Source: a bacterium
Lineage (GTDB): Bacteria; UBA10199; 2-02-FULL-44-16; JAAZCA01
NCBI GenBank assembly: GCA_963674695.2
Contig: CAXXGI010000003.1
Coordinates: forward strand, 928,001 to 992,000
Direction of reading: 5' to 3'
Length of the DNA: 64,000 nucleotides
Shown here: positions 62,470 through 64,000 of the stretch, one piece after another
Position numbering within the stretch: the stretch's first letter is position 1
Layout: every line of letters begins with the position of its first letter
Notes under the pieces: model-generated
Told to the model about the DNA's origin: nothing
Databases searched by the model: none
What the model saw: only the letters and a program-made list of their open reading frames with translations
Translations under genes and position numbers: made by a program

Positions 62470-64000
62470 ATGTATGATGAGAGAAACAAAATCTGCCGGA
62501 CGCCGAACACTGTGCACTCGTCGTTTGAGCCGGAAGCGGAAACACCGCCCGTGGCGTGGATCGATGAGGCATCGCCGTCCTCTCCGGTCACTCCCTTCGA
62601 TACGTATATCACCATGACCCCCGAAGCGGTCGAAGACACGCTCGCGCCGCTGCGATGGAGCATCCTCGTCGCCAATCCACAAGTGCCGGTGAAGACGGAA
62701 CCATTCGTCATCGACCGACCGGTCGTGGTCTCATCCAATCCGATCGCCGGCGGCGGGAAGGCGATCCGCTACGCCGGCAAACTGCACGATACCTTCGCCC
62801 TGCAGGCAGACGAGGGCCATGTCGTTTTCATGGGCGACGTCGAATTCATCGAGACGAAGAAGAATCCTGGCGCACGCATCAGGGCGTTGGCCGAAGCGAT
62901 GCGCAAAACGGACACACCTCCGTATGCTATCGCCTGTGGCGGGGACGGCTCCTTCGTCGATTCGAGTACTGCCGCCTACACGCTCGCGAAGGAGGGGTGG
63001 CACGTGCGCCCCATTCCCTACATGGGCGGCACCGCGGGCGACATGCGCCGCGAATTGGGTGTGCCGCCTCAAGCGAAACACATGAGTCGGTTTTTAACGA
63101 CCGCTGTTCCGGTCGAACTCGATGTCGTCACCGCGCGCTTCAATGGGGGTGAGCCACAGCTCGTGCTTCACAGCCAGGGCAACGGCGTCTCCGGAGAGGT
63201 GTTCCTCGCTGCAGAGAGCCGACGCACGGCGACGGGCAAGATCAGCATCCCGACCTATCTGCGCGGAATGGTGGGCGGCGTCTGGAAGGCCAAGACCTTC
63301 TACGTGCGCGTGGACGGCGGCAAGCCAATTGCCGTCGGCGAAGTGATCACACTGGCCAACTCCACCTCCATCGGCGGCGTGACATACGTGCCGTTACCAG
63401 AGCGCGGCGGACAGATCCTCCTCGTGCCGGTGAATCCGAAACTTCCAGGACCCTTGCGTCTGACGCCCGGACTCGGACCCTTCTTCGACGCCTTCCGCCG
63501 CGGCATCCGCTACGCGCTCGGCGACCAGACCGTCATCGCACCCGGGTCGAAACTCGCACTCTTGGATGACACGCGCATGATCCCCGTGATGCCGGGGACC
63601 AAACACACGCTGGAATTCGTCGATGCGAACGGACAGCCCAAACCCGTCACGAGCGTCATCAATGGCGATCCGATCCAAAATGTGCAGAAGGTCGTCATCG
63701 AAGGGACCGGCGAGACGATCAGGACGCTCGCCACCAAGGACTCCGCGATCATGGTCCGTCGGGGGCTCGCATCGCCCACGACGATTTTGGGAACCGCCGC
63801 GAGCAAGGTGCGCACCATGGGCGCCACCACCATGCGCGGAGCAACACGCGCCGCACCCCTCTCTCTCATCGTGATCCACGAGGTCATCAGAGATCTTGCT
63901 GGGTTTCACACGGAGACACAAACACAGATCGACACCATGCACTTCGGCGGCCTTATGACGGGAAGCATCTTCGTCGCCGCTCGTTACGGAAGCATGCCGT
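62470..64000 (+). CDS. Diacylglycerol/sphingosine kinase-family protein with N- and C-terminal extensions (truncated by window; absent from ORF track)
   Basis: Manual translation is open from 62470 to the end: SNPIAGGGK, ACGGDGS, PYMGGTAGDMRRELG, INGD. Confidence 0.7.
   Translation, partial: MYDERNKICRTPNTVHSSFEPEAETPPVAWIDEASPSSPVTPFDTYITMTPEAVEDTLAPLRWSILVANPQVPVKTEPFVIDRPVVVSSNPIAGGGKAIRYAGKLHDTFALQADEGHVVFMGDVEFIETKKNPGARIRALAEAMRKTDTPPYAIACGGDGSFVDSSTAAYTLAKEGWHVRPIPYMGGTAGDMRRELGVPPQAKHMSRFLTTAVPVELDVVTARFNGGEPQLVLHSQGNGVSGEVFLAAESRRTATGKISIPTYLRGMVGGVWKAKTFYVRVDGGKPIAVGEVITLANSTSIGGVTYVPLPERGGQILLVPVNPKLPGPLRLTPGLGPFFDAFRRGIRYALGDQTVIAPGSKLALLDDTRMIPVMPGTKHTLEFVDANGQPKPVTSVINGDPIQNVQKVVIEGTGETIRTLATKDSAIMVRRGLASPTTILGTAASKVRTMGATTMRGATRAAPLSLIVIHEVIRDLAGFHTETQTQIDTMHFGGLMTGSIFVAARYGSMP

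Overview
GC-rich bacterial chromosome segment. The zapA-6S-5FCL-rny-ymdB, pgpA-cinA-thpR-recA-alaS and rpmE-prfA-prmC-murA synteny suggests a deltaproteobacterial-grade lineage (inference). Core genes (rny, rnr, clpB, carAB, degQ, bamD, fumC, efp, alaS, recA, radA, rpmE, prfA, prmC, murA) are interspersed with orphan ORFs. No rRNA, tRNA, CRISPR array or transposase was seen. Most notable: (1) a terminal trio of divergent enzymes with N-terminal extensions, comprising a stand-alone LanM-type dehydratase/kinase domain without cyclase or precursor, a DHH phosphoesterase and a DAG-kinase-like protein, two of which share an N-terminal motif; (2) a hierarchy of non-autonomous palindromic elements, namely IS1182-like MITE ends with hairpin target duplications that carry GTCAT..ATGAC REP doublets with further nested inserts; (3) 7-, 8- and 9-bp tandem-repeat arrays, often as inverted pairs and three times in-frame inside rnr/prmC; (4) five sigma54-type promoters, one upstream of the recA operon; (5) a catalytically degenerate HisA left where the his operon usually sits; (6) proteins with odd export signals. 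All calls come from reading motifs by eye; no searches were run.
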